54,532 nucleotides of DNA from a virus. Lineage: Duplodnaviria; Caudoviricetes. The DNA lies in IMG/VR virus record IMGVR_UViG_3300022752_000089, positions 1-54,532 of that record. One strand, given 5' to 3'. This document shows, piece after piece, positions 17,948 through 27,634 of the stretch. The position numbers and the translations under genes were made by a program. The stretch's first letter is position 1. Each line of letters begins with the position of its first letter. Below the pieces are notes generated by a model that worked only from the letters and a program-made list of their open reading frames with translations, was not told the origin of the DNA and ran no database searches.

Positions 17948-18568
17948 ATGATAAGTATAATAATTATTGATTCATTGTATTATGATTTAAGAGCACTTAA
18001 AAAAACAATGGAGACACTAGGGGACAAAGTTACTAAAATTTATTGGTTCTCTGACCTTCCTTTTCCTGAAGAAAACTTTTCTATACCTGTTGTATGGACC
18101 AAGATAGATAAAATAAAAAATTATAATGATGATTATGGTTATATAAGTTTAAAAATATGTCCACATGTGTGCATAGAACCTTATAATCTAACTATACATA
18201 ATGATGGGTTTGCAGTTAATCCAGAAGCTTGGACGGACGAGTTCTATGAATATGATTATATTGGAGCTGTTTGGGGTGATGGTGTTATTGGTAATGGTGG
18301 GTTCACTTTAAGATCCAAAAAGTTATATGATGCTTTGAGGGATATGGATGTATCGTATACCACATTGCCTGAGGACGATATTATATGTAGAGTACACAGA
18401 AGTACATTGGAATCGAAATACGGAATTAAATTTGCTCCGGAACCTATTGCCAATAGATTCAGTATAGAGTATAATCTGAGTTCGGAGTGGTTAGGTAAGA
18501 GTTTAGGTTTTCATGGGAAACATGGAATTCACAAATATTATGGAGATGGTTTATGGGAAATAAAATAA
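17948..18568 (+). CDS. DUF5672-like glycosyltransferase-fold protein
   Basis: YDYIGAVW, GNGGFTLRS, PEDD, FSIE, GFHG. Confidence 0.82.
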   Translation: MISIIIIDSLYYDLRALKKTMETLGDKVTKIYWFSDLPFPEENFSIPVVWTKIDKIKNYNDDYGYISLKICPHVCIEPYNLTIHNDGFAVNPEAWTDEFYEYDYIGAVWGDGVIGNGGFTLRSKKLYDALRDMDVSYTTLPEDDIICRVHRSTLESKYGIKFAPEPIANRFSIEYNLSSEWLGKSLGFHGKHGIHKYYGDGLWEIK

Positions 18569-19848
18569 ATTCTAATGAAATGGTTGATTATCTTTCTAGA
18601 GAAAAAATCAAGTATGTAAAAAATTATGATAATTATGTAGATGGAGAATTTGTTCAGTATTCTGGACAACTTTGGGATCATAAAGAAATGGCGGCCGCCA
18701 TTGATACATTAATATATGGTGCTTGGATAGTTTCTGGTGAAAAGGTTGAAAAATTCCAAAATGAATTTAGTAAACGGTTCAATGTAGGTTATTCACATAT
18801 GGTGAACTCTGGTAGTTCGGCCAATCTGGTATTAATTTCTTCTATGAAAAAGAAATTTGCATGGCAACCAGGTGATGAGATTATTGTATCTCCTGTTGGA
18901 TTCCCCACAACTATTGCACCAATTGTTCAGAATGAATTGAAGCCAATCTTTATTGACATTGAATTGAATACCTTAAATTTTGATGTTAATTTAATTGAAG
19001 AAAAAATCACACCAAGAACCAAAGCAATATTTGTGTCGCCTGTTTTAGGCAATCCTCCAGACATGGACAAAATTGTTGCTCTATGTGAAAAGTACAATAT
19101 AGTTCTATTAGGTGATAATTGTGATTCTTTGGGAACTAAATGGAACGATAAATTAATCACCGACTTATATTATGCTTGGACAACATCTTTCTATCCAGCA
19201 CACCACATCAGTACGGGTGAAGGTGGTATGGTATGTTCAAATGATGAAGAATTTATTAAACTTTCCAGAAGTATATCTTGGTGGGGCCGTGATTGTTATT
19301 GCATTGGCGCAAATAATATGCTTGAGTGTGGTACTTGCGGCAAACGATTTGATAATTGGATACCAGAATATGATGGTACTATTGACCACAAATACTTGTT
19401 TACAAATATTGGGTATAATTTAAAACCTTTGGATTTGCAAGGTGCTATTGGTTCGGAACAACTGTTGAAGTTTGATATGTTGGAATCTAAACGCAGAGAA
19501 TACAAAAATCAAATTCAGAAGATACTTGAAGATAACATCAAAGATGTTAGGGTTATCAACTCATTGGAATCAGGTGATCCATCATGGTTTGGTGTTCCAA
19601 TTTATTGCGAATCACAAGGCCTCAAAGAATTCTTGGTTTCTCATTTTGAATCTAATAAGATCCAAACAAGAAATTATTTTGCTGGCAATATTCTTGTACA
19701 TCCTGGTTTCAAACATTTGGATGATGCCAAAAAATATCCAAATTCAAACCTTGCTTTGACAAATGTATTCTTTATCGGCTGTTCACCACTATACAATGAT
19801 AAGATTTTGAGTTACATTGAAAAGGTTTGTAAAAAATGGAACGATTGA
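18553..19848 (+). CDS. rfbH: RfbH/DdhC-like NDP-4-keto-6-deoxyglucose 3-dehydrase (DegT family)
   Basis: NSGSSANL; SFYPAHH (His replacing the Schiff-base Lys); WGRDCYC...TCGKRF Fe-S cysteines. Confidence 0.85.
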   Translation: MGNKINSNEMVDYLSREKIKYVKNYDNYVDGEFVQYSGQLWDHKEMAAAIDTLIYGAWIVSGEKVEKFQNEFSKRFNVGYSHMVNSGSSANLVLISSMKKKFAWQPGDEIIVSPVGFPTTIAPIVQNELKPIFIDIELNTLNFDVNLIEEKITPRTKAIFVSPVLGNPPDMDKIVALCEKYNIVLLGDNCDSLGTKWNDKLITDLYYAWTTSFYPAHHISTGEGGMVCSNDEEFIKLSRSISWWGRDCYCIGANNMLECGTCGKRFDNWIPEYDGTIDHKYLFTNIGYNLKPLDLQGAIGSEQLLKFDMLESKRREYKNQIQKILEDNIKDVRVINSLESGDPSWFGVPIYCESQGLKEFLVSHFESNKIQTRNYFAGNILVHPGFKHLDDAKKYPNSNLALTNVFFIGCSPLYNDKILSYIEKVCKKWND

Positions 19849-20651
19849 TTAGTATATTAGGTCCTGGATTTGTTGGAGGTCGTTATCACGAATTAACATC
19901 AAATTCAGTAACCAATGACAAATATGATTATGAACCTAAATCCGATGAGATTGTTTATTTCATTTCAACCATTGATAATTATAATGTACATACTAATCCT
20001 TATTTGGATATAGATACAAATTTAACGGTTCTTATAAAAACATTGGAACACTGTAAGGGTAAAACTGTAACATTCAATTTTATAAGTTCTTGGTTTGTTT
20101 ATGGTGATGTAGAATTACCAGCAAAAGAATCTTCATATTGTGATCCAAAAGGATTCTATTCCATTACTAAACGTGCCGCTGAACAATTGTTGATATCATA
20201 TTGCGAAACTTTTGATATTGAATATCGTATCATTAGATTAGCTAATGTTTTAGGTAAATCTGATTCTAAAGTTTCCAAGAAAAAGAATGCTCTACAATAT
20301 ATGATTGAAGAAATTAAAAATGGTAGAGATGTTGATATGTACGATGGTGGAAAAATCTTTAGGGATTATATCCATGTCGATGATGTGGTACAAGCAATTA
20401 ATCTTATAATTGATAATGGTGAATTGAATACCATTTATAATGTTGGTAATGGTAAAGAAATATACTTAAAAGATGCTTTGTCTTATGTTAAAAATAAAAC
20501 AAATTCTACCTCTATGTTGAACAGTATAGAATCAGCAAAGTTTCACCAAAAAGTTCAGACAAAAAATATGGTATTGGATATTTCAAAAATACAAAGTTTG
20601 GGATACAAACCTAAATTTGATATCTACCAAGCTTTGGATACCTTGATATAA
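19836..20651 (+). CDS. NAD-dependent epimerase/dehydratase/reductase
   Basis: GPGFVG, YSITK (YxxxK), RDYIHVDD. Confidence 0.9.
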   Translation: MERLISILGPGFVGGRYHELTSNSVTNDKYDYEPKSDEIVYFISTIDNYNVHTNPYLDIDTNLTVLIKTLEHCKGKTVTFNFISSWFVYGDVELPAKESSYCDPKGFYSITKRAAEQLLISYCETFDIEYRIIRLANVLGKSDSKVSKKKNALQYMIEEIKNGRDVDMYDGGKIFRDYIHVDDVVQAINLIIDNGELNTIYNVGNGKEIYLKDALSYVKNKTNSTSMLNSIESAKFHQKVQTKNMVLDISKIQSLGYKPKFDIYQALDTLI

Positions 20652-21469
20652 TGTCTCAAGGTTACTTTTTAATTGCCATAGGTCAAAGATACATTCTTGA
20701 GGCCTCACTTCTAGCCAATACAATTAAGAAACACGATCCAACAAGACCTATTTGCTTGTTGATTAATCCAGAAGATTTGGACTATGCAAAGTCTTTTGGT
20801 TGTTTTGATGAATATGCACCATTTGATCCGACAGTAGATGAAGAAACTTATAAAAACTGTAATAATAGTTTTGAAAAGTTTTGTATCTATGCCAGAATAA
20901 ACTTTGATAAGATTCTGCCTTACGATGAAACAATCAATTTAGATACTGATGTATTATGTCAATATAATCCAGACCATCTTTGGGATTACTTGTCACAATC
21001 TGAGTTTCCTGTCAGAACGTTAGGCAAGAAAAGATGTGATGCACATTGGCATTGGAATCAAGGATACAATATATCAAACATTGTAGGTAAACATATACCT
21101 GCTGTCCATTGCGGGTTCATATATATTAGAAAGAGTAAAAATACAAATAGGTTTTATGCATCGGTTAGAGAAAAGTTTTTGAATTACGACAAGTACGGAT
21201 GCAAAAGATTGTTCAGAGGATCCAGAACAGAAGAAGCTTGTTATTCGTTGGCATTTTCTGAGTTTGATGCCAGTCCAATTGAGTATCATGAATATCCTGT
21301 GATGACATTTAACTTTGACAAGAATGAAGTTCTACCATCAAAGAAACAAATATTGATTGATGATAACAATGTTCCTTTTGAAATGAATAACTATATTCCA
21401 TTTATACATATGTGGGAAAAAATGGAAGGTGATAATTTTAAATCGTTATATGAAAGAATTATGAAATGA
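20651..21469 (+). CDS. GT8-like glycosyltransferase
   Basis: PYDETINLDTD DxD motif. Confidence 0.75.
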   Translation: MSQGYFLIAIGQRYILEASLLANTIKKHDPTRPICLLINPEDLDYAKSFGCFDEYAPFDPTVDEETYKNCNNSFEKFCIYARINFDKILPYDETINLDTDVLCQYNPDHLWDYLSQSEFPVRTLGKKRCDAHWHWNQGYNISNIVGKHIPAVHCGFIYIRKSKNTNRFYASVREKFLNYDKYGCKRLFRGSRTEEACYSLAFSEFDASPIEYHEYPVMTFNFDKNEVLPSKKQILIDDNNVPFEMNNYIPFIHMWEKMEGDNFKSLYERIMK

Positions 21470-22206
21470 ATTTTTATGTAAGACAAACTGACGCCTTAGG
21501 TGATTTTTTGAATTGTATTCCGGTATTGGCTGGCCTTCACAACAGATTTGGTAAATACAATTTAATTGTTAAACATCAAACAGAAAAATTCAAAGGATTT
21601 AAAGACTTTTTGATGTACCAAGATTTGTTTTATGGTGTGTACTTTGACAATGAGTTTCAAGGTGAAGTAATTAATATGGATAATTGGGGTACTGAAAGGG
21701 AATACAAAAGAAATCCTAATAGACCAATTGAAACTTGCAAATATGAAAACTTCCTAAAAGATGTTTATAAAATTGATTTTGAAGTTGATGATAAATTTGT
21801 ATTGAAATATCCAAAGTGTGATGTTGAAATCAAAGATACTTATTATGTTGGTGATAGATGGAATCACTTCAGTACCGACAATAGAAGAAAAACAAACATT
21901 CTATCCCATCTCAAAGATTTTGAATTCATTGACTTCAACAATGACCTGTTGACCAATTGTTACATCATCAAAGAATCTAAAAAACCATTCATTACAAACT
22001 TTACTGGTGTCGGTATGATGGCTGATTTACTTGATAAGGAATTGTTTTGTGTTTGGAAACCAGAAGATTGGAATCCAGAATGGATTGTTGGTGATGGCAT
22101 TACATGGGACAATGGAAAAAATATTGAACAAGTATTTGAAAAACACTTCTACTTGGACCGTAAAGCAAAATTAGTTCATGCAAAAGACTTGGAGAAGTAT
22201 CTATGA
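21466..22206 (+). CDS. GT9 (heptosyltransferase)-like GT-B protein
   Basis: ALGDFLNCIPVL; FITNFTGVGMMA. Confidence 0.6.
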   Translation: MNFYVRQTDALGDFLNCIPVLAGLHNRFGKYNLIVKHQTEKFKGFKDFLMYQDLFYGVYFDNEFQGEVINMDNWGTEREYKRNPNRPIETCKYENFLKDVYKIDFEVDDKFVLKYPKCDVEIKDTYYVGDRWNHFSTDNRRKTNILSHLKDFEFIDFNNDLLTNCYIIKESKKPFITNFTGVGMMADLLDKELFCVWKPEDWNPEWIVGDGITWDNGKNIEQVFEKHFYLDRKAKLVHAKDLEKYL

Positions 22207-22913
22207 TTTTAAACATAGAACGAGGTGTCTTTGGGGATGAAGTAAAAAATGGTGATTTGATAGGTGTTGCCAACGTTGTGGCTTATCTCAGAAAAGAAAA
22301 TCCAGGTATTAAATTTCATATGTTGCCAGGTTCTGTTAGTTCAGTTGGTTACATACAAGAGTTCTATCAATTTCTTTTAAAGAATACAGATTATTTTTCT
22401 GAAACTCCAGGTGAATCTTACATGCAATGGCGTAGAGTTAATCTTTGGGACTTCCGTGATGTTATTGGTGACAATGTTATCATAAAAAATCCACTGATAA
22501 CAGAGAAGAAGATTGTGATATGTCCAGTTTTTGATGCACCATATAACATTTATAGAAACTGGCCTCAACCTGTATTTGATAAAATAATTGCGGAGTATTC
22601 AACAAAAGAATATAATGGTTATGAAAAGATTATATGTGGTATGGAACAATTTAAAGATAGATGTATTTCTCCAGATTGGCAGTATTCATCTGATTTTATG
22701 GCAAACATACAACACATAATGACCACAGAAATATTCATTGGTGGTGATACTGGTACTAGCCACTTTGCATGGTCGCTTGACAAAGGACCTAAAACTTTGT
22801 TATACTATAACTCTGGCCGTGGTATGATGCATTGTATGCCACCTTATTTGTTAGAAGGTAAAGGTCGTATAGTTAGATATTGGTTAGATTTTGAAGGCAC
22901 AACTTGGGGATAA
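22203..22913 (+). CDS. GT9-like GT-B protein
   Basis: NGDLI, RNWP, FIGGDTGTSHFA. Confidence 0.7.
   Translation: MILNIERGVFGDEVKNGDLIGVANVVAYLRKENPGIKFHMLPGSVSSVGYIQEFYQFLLKNTDYFSETPGESYMQWRRVNLWDFRDVIGDNVIIKNPLITEKKIVICPVFDAPYNIYRNWPQPVFDKIIAEYSTKEYNGYEKIICGMEQFKDRCISPDWQYSSDFMANIQHIMTTEIFIGGDTGTSHFAWSLDKGPKTLLYYNSGRGMMHCMPPYLLEGKGRIVRYWLDFEGTTWG
22777..22806 (+). promoter_or_regulatory. internal sigma70-type promoter
   Basis: TTGACA-18 nt-TATACT with TGn extension, upstream of the HAD-nucleotidyltransferase gene. Confidence 0.55.
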
Positions 22914-22914
22914 A

Positions 22915-24285
22915 ATGAATAAATTGGTTATTTTTGACCTTGATGGTGTGATGATAGATTCCCGTGAAATGCATTATGAAACACTTAATGCAGCTCTACA
23001 TAAAGTTACAGGCACTCCAAAATTTGTAATTACCCGTGAAGAACACCTATCAAGATATGATGGATTAAACACCACCAGAAAATTACAGATGTTGACAGCA
23101 GACAAAGGACTACCAGTTGAATACTATAATGAAATCTGGAGAGAAAAACAGGAAGAAACATTCAAGTTGATTCCTGGTTGTCCAAGAAATAGTTCTGTTT
23201 CGTGGTTGATGGAACAATTAAAGAACAGAGGATGGAAAGTTGCTGTTGCTTCTAACAGTATCCGTGAGACAGTTAAGATTGCTCTTAATTCAATGAATGT
23301 AATTCAATATGTGGATTATTTTGTAAGTAACGAAGATGTTTTTAATCCAAAACCATTTCCAGAAATGTATTGGCAGTGTATGACAAAGATGAAATCTTTG
23401 CCTAAGAACACTATCATTATTGAAGATTCACATATAGGTCGTGAAGGTGCATTGAATTCTGGTGCTCACCTATATCCTGTAAAAGATGCATATGATTTAG
23501 AAGGGACTAAGTTTTTAGAAATGATTGATAATTTTGACATTAAAGACACAACAATTCCATGGCGTGATGAGAAATTGAATGTTCTTATTCCTATGGCAGG
23601 TGCAGGTTCTAGATTTGCTCAGGCAGGTTACACATTCCCTAAACCACTTATTGAAGTTAATGGTAAACCCATGATTCAGGTGGTTGTTGAGAATTTGAAT
23701 ATTGAAGCAAATTATATTTTCTTGGTTCAACGTGAACATTATGAAAAGTACAATCTAAAATACTTGCTTAACTTGATTGCACCTAATTGTACAATCGTTC
23801 AAGTTGACGGCATAACAGAAGGTGCAGCCTGTACTACATTGTTGGCCAAAGAGTTCATTAACAATGATGCACCATTGATTATGGCAAACTCAGACCAATA
23901 CGTTGAATGGAACTCAAATGAATGTCTATATGCTTTTAAAGCAGATTCAATTGATGGTGGTATTCTTACATTCAAGGCAACACATCCTAAATGGTCTTAT
24001 GCAAAACTAGATGACAATGGTTTTGTTTCAGAAGTTGCCGAGAAGAAAGTCATTTCAGACCAAGCAACAGTCGGTGTTTATTATTGGAACAAAGGTTCTG
24101 ATTATGTCAAGTATGCCGAACAGATGATTGACAAGAATATCCGTACAAACAATGAATTCTATGTTGCACCTGTATTCAATGAAGCAATTGAAGATGGTAA
24201 AAAGATTCGTGTTAAACAAGTTACTGGTATGTGGGGTATCGGCACTCCAGAAGATTTGAATTACTTTTTGACACATAAGAAATGA
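22915..24285 (+). CDS. HAD phosphatase fused to sugar-phosphate nucleotidyltransferase
   Basis: FDLDGV, KPFP, IEDS (HAD); PMAGAGSRF...PKPLI, GTPEDL (NTase). Confidence 0.9.
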   Translation: MNKLVIFDLDGVMIDSREMHYETLNAALHKVTGTPKFVITREEHLSRYDGLNTTRKLQMLTADKGLPVEYYNEIWREKQEETFKLIPGCPRNSSVSWLMEQLKNRGWKVAVASNSIRETVKIALNSMNVIQYVDYFVSNEDVFNPKPFPEMYWQCMTKMKSLPKNTIIIEDSHIGREGALNSGAHLYPVKDAYDLEGTKFLEMIDNFDIKDTTIPWRDEKLNVLIPMAGAGSRFAQAGYTFPKPLIEVNGKPMIQVVVENLNIEANYIFLVQREHYEKYNLKYLLNLIAPNCTIVQVDGITEGAACTTLLAKEFINNDAPLIMANSDQYVEWNSNECLYAFKADSIDGGILTFKATHPKWSYAKLDDNGFVSEVAEKKVISDQATVGVYYWNKGSDYVKYAEQMIDKNIRTNNEFYVAPVFNEAIEDGKKIRVKQVTGMWGIGTPEDLNYFLTHKK

Positions 24286-24965
24286 AAGTAGCTCTTGTTT
24301 TAACTGGCCATATGCGCCATTGGAGAGAAGTTCTACCAAATTTTAAAGAACGATTTATTGACAAATACAATCCAGATATCTTTATCAACACTTGGAGTGA
24401 AGAAGGTTGGTACGGTTTAACTGCTGGTAATGATGAAGAAGGCTTTATTGAAGGCACACCTGGAGTAGAACATAGTGCTATTGCAGAAGCCTATGGCGCC
24501 AAGGCAGTTTCCATACAACGCTTTGATGATTATAGGGAGAATTTCTTACAACAGATTAAGAGATATCCAAACTACAATCATAGGTCTTTGAATATACTTT
24601 CAATGTTTTTTAAGATGGGTCAAGGCATTTTGATGCTTGAGGACTACATTATGAAAACAGGAACACAGTATGATTTGGTAATAAGAACACGACCAGATAT
24701 GTTGGTACACCAAGAACTTCCAGACTTTGACCCCAGATATTTCTATACCGTTTTTCATCCGAATCATACAGGACAAGGTACTGGTGATATGTTACAGGTC
24801 GGTAATCAATTCAATGTCATCAATTTCTGTAAAGCTATTTGTTATCTACCGATAATATATGATAGAAATAATCTATTGTGTCCACATACGGCATCAACAA
24901 CTTTTATTGAAATGCTGAATCTTCCGTGGCAACAAATACACTTGAATAAGGAATTTTACAGATGA
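24282..24965 (+). CDS. putative glycosyltransferase-like protein
   Basis: KVALVLTGHMR, DIFINTW, YDLVIRTRPD. Confidence 0.65.
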   Translation: MKVALVLTGHMRHWREVLPNFKERFIDKYNPDIFINTWSEEGWYGLTAGNDEEGFIEGTPGVEHSAIAEAYGAKAVSIQRFDDYRENFLQQIKRYPNYNHRSLNILSMFFKMGQGILMLEDYIMKTGTQYDLVIRTRPDMLVHQELPDFDPRYFYTVFHPNHTGQGTGDMLQVGNQFNVINFCKAICYLPIIYDRNNLLCPHTASTTFIEMLNLPWQQIHLNKEFYR

Positions 24966-25420
24966 TAGTTATAGCCCACCGTGCTTTATTGGATGGACCA
25001 GACAAAGAACTAGAAAATAATCCAAAACAAATACGATATTGTTTGTCGGAGGGTATTCCTTGTGAGATTGATGTTTGGTGGTATCATGACCGCTGGTGGT
25101 TGGGACATGACAAACCAGAATATGAAACAACTCTTGAATTCCTGTCACAAGATGGCCTATGGATTCACTGTAAGAACCTGGATGCATTAAACTTATTAAG
25201 GGAAGAAGGTATACATTGTTTCTGGCACCAAGAAGATGATGTTACTTTGACCAGTTGGGGATACATCTGGACCTATCCTAAGATAAGAGAATTGTTTCCA
25301 AAAAGCATCGCAGTCTTACCAGAATTGGACAGAGACTATTGGGATTATGCCAAAACAATGCTTATCACAGGAGTTTGTACCGATTTTGTTAATAAATGGA
25401 ACTCCGAAACATATAAATAA
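24962..25420 (+). CDS. glycerophosphodiester phosphodiesterase-like protein
   Basis: IAHRA, EN, EIDVW, LGHD, WIHCKN, GVCTD. Confidence 0.8.
   Translation: MIVIAHRALLDGPDKELENNPKQIRYCLSEGIPCEIDVWWYHDRWWLGHDKPEYETTLEFLSQDGLWIHCKNLDALNLLREEGIHCFWHQEDDVTLTSWGYIWTYPKIRELFPKSIAVLPELDRDYWDYAKTMLITGVCTDFVNKWNSETYK
25412..25419 (+). promoter_or_regulatory. T4 late promoter
   Basis: Perfect TATAAATA ~50 nt upstream of the His-rich operon. Confidence 0.8.
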
Positions 25421-25466
25421 GCCCATTGACAACCAAAGTGTGTTGCATATCTAGGGGTAAATATTA

Positions 25467-26657
25467 ATGTTAACTTTTCAATCGTTTTTAAAAGAAGAAG
25501 CTGAAGGCGGAGAACTTAAGCACATTCATCATGCTGAAGACCGCCCATTAATGCACGGTCATGCCGGTTTTGAACACGCACATGAAGCACTAATGAAGGC
25601 TCATGCTCATATGACCTCTGGTGCAAAAAGCAGTAATCTAACAATGAAATATGATGGTTCTCCATCACTTGTTTTTGGTCATCATCCTTCAAATGGTAAA
25701 TTCTTTGTTGCAACTAAATCGGCATTCAACAAAAATCCAAAGATTAATCACACGGAAAAAGATATTGATAGGAACCACGGCCATGCGCCTGGTCTTGCAA
25801 GAACACTTAAACACGCACTCAAACACCTACCAAAAGTAACACCTAAAACTGGTGTATATCAAGGTGATTTGATGCACCATGCAGAAACCAAACATTTACA
25901 TGAAGGTTTTATTGTAGAAGCAAAAGACAGTAAAGTGTCTTTCACACCAAATACAATCACTTATACTGCTCATGGTGATGCGGCAAAAAAAATTAAAAGG
26001 TCTAAGGTTGGTATAGTTGTTCATCAAAAATACAGTGATGACATGAAAAGTGCTTCTCCTCATGTTGACCACCACAATTTTAAAGAACATCCAGATGTTC
26101 ATATTCATGGTGCTGAACATGATACAAGTAAAGTTAAACATTCTCCTGAGAATGAGAAGAAGTTTCAAACTCACATGGCTGCAGCAAAAGAAATTCACGA
26201 CACGCATGGCCATAAAATGTATGATGCTATGCATCCAAAACATACTGGTGAATCAGGTCATCTTTCTACATACATTAATAAAACTGTAAGACACGATGAA
26301 GTACCATCTGTTAAAGGTTTCAAAGAACATTTAAAAGATGTACACGAAAAACAAGCCGCAAAGGTAAAAACAGAAAAAGCCAAATCAGAAAAAACTGGTG
26401 AAGGCGTTAAACAAATTGCTCATGTTGAAAAGAACAAGTCACATTATGGCAATCTATTTGCTATGCATCACCATTTACATCAAGCCAAAAATGCTTTAGT
26501 AAGTTCTTTAGAAACACATGAAGGACACTACCAACACCACATTGAAGGTAAAAAATCTAAACCAGAAGGTTTCGTTGTGCATCATAATAATGAACCAACT
26601 AAATTGGTTAATCGTGCAGAATTCGCAAAACAAAATTTGTTAAAGGTAAGAAAATGA
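25467..26657 (+). CDS. His-rich ligase-superfamily nucleotidyltransferase (DUF6267-like) with capsid-targeting-like N-terminus
   Basis: TMKYDG (motif I), QGDL, EGFVV (IV), KLV (V); N-terminus MLTFQSFLKEE; ~52 His in 396 aa. Confidence 0.75.
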   Translation: MLTFQSFLKEEAEGGELKHIHHAEDRPLMHGHAGFEHAHEALMKAHAHMTSGAKSSNLTMKYDGSPSLVFGHHPSNGKFFVATKSAFNKNPKINHTEKDIDRNHGHAPGLARTLKHALKHLPKVTPKTGVYQGDLMHHAETKHLHEGFIVEAKDSKVSFTPNTITYTAHGDAAKKIKRSKVGIVVHQKYSDDMKSASPHVDHHNFKEHPDVHIHGAEHDTSKVKHSPENEKKFQTHMAAAKEIHDTHGHKMYDAMHPKHTGESGHLSTYINKTVRHDEVPSVKGFKEHLKDVHEKQAAKVKTEKAKSEKTGEGVKQIAHVEKNKSHYGNLFAMHHHLHQAKNALVSSLETHEGHYQHHIEGKKSKPEGFVVHHNNEPTKLVNRAEFAKQNLLKVRK

Positions 26658-27634
26658 TAACATTTAAAAGTTTTTTAATCAATGAAGGCCGTGGAAAACT
26701 TACTGCGTCTGGTGCAATTGGTGATGAACATAAAAAGAAATATGTTGACCCCCATGTAGGATCTGGAAAATTTTCACACGCATTAGCATCTGAACATGAT
26801 GATTTGCCAAAAGGTTCTTCTGTAAAAATTCATAAAGTTGAACATATTAATGGAAAAATACACGTTCACGCTGAAGATGAAACAGGTAATCATCATACTA
26901 TTCCAATATCCAAATTACACAAACCTGGCGAAGCACCACCAAACAAAGGTCATGAATATGAAAGTAAATTTGTTGATAGAATGAAAAAACATGGAATTAT
27001 GCCTCACCATTTATCAGGTGCAGGTTCAACTAGCGGTACGGATTTTGCTGTAGAACATAAGAAAAAAGGATCAAAAAGTCACTTTCATGCCGGTATCGTA
27101 TCTGGACATTTGCTTAATGGTGAAACAAAAAATGGTGTTACTGCTGCTATGGGTCAGTTGACAATACATCATACAAAAGAAAAAGGTTGGCATATTAAAG
27201 ATTCACAAAGAGAAAAAAGACCAAAATATGCTAAAGCAATTGAACATGCTGGCATTTTGGATCATATGAACGCACACCATCACAATCCAGAAAAATCTGA
27301 AACTACTGCTTCTGGTAGAGCAAAGTCTATTGAAATTCATCATCCAGATTTAAAACCGGCAGAATCATATTTACAGGACCATCATGTACATGTACTACAA
27401 GTTGGTGGACATGGAACTTATAGAGTCGGTACAAAAGATGAAACTGGCCACGGATTGCCAAGAATTTCAGGTGAAGGTAAATGGAGAATCAGAGAAAAAC
27501 AAAAAGGTAATAAAAGCGCTAGAACCGTTGCTTTTCATCCTGCTAGTGTAAAAGCTTTGAAAAAGAGTCATGTTGATTTGGACAAAGATGACCATCTAGA
27601 AGCATTTAAGAAAACATTAGGACATAAAGATTAA
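26654..27634 (+). CDS. His-rich protein, possible PD-(D/E)XK nuclease fold
   Basis: GHEYE...GTDF...NGETK pattern; N-terminus MITFKSFLINE; ~38 His in 326 aa. Confidence 0.6.
   Translation: MITFKSFLINEGRGKLTASGAIGDEHKKKYVDPHVGSGKFSHALASEHDDLPKGSSVKIHKVEHINGKIHVHAEDETGNHHTIPISKLHKPGEAPPNKGHEYESKFVDRMKKHGIMPHHLSGAGSTSGTDFAVEHKKKGSKSHFHAGIVSGHLLNGETKNGVTAAMGQLTIHHTKEKGWHIKDSQREKRPKYAKAIEHAGILDHMNAHHHNPEKSETTASGRAKSIEIHHPDLKPAESYLQDHHVHVLQVGGHGTYRVGTKDETGHGLPRISGEGKWRIREKQKGNKSARTVAFHPASVKALKKSHVDLDKDDHLEAFKKTLGHKD

Noticed and set aside
25426-25455. TTGACA upstream of the His-rich operon as a sigma70 promoter
   Set aside because: No acceptable -10 at 16-18 nt; the TATAAATA late box explains expression
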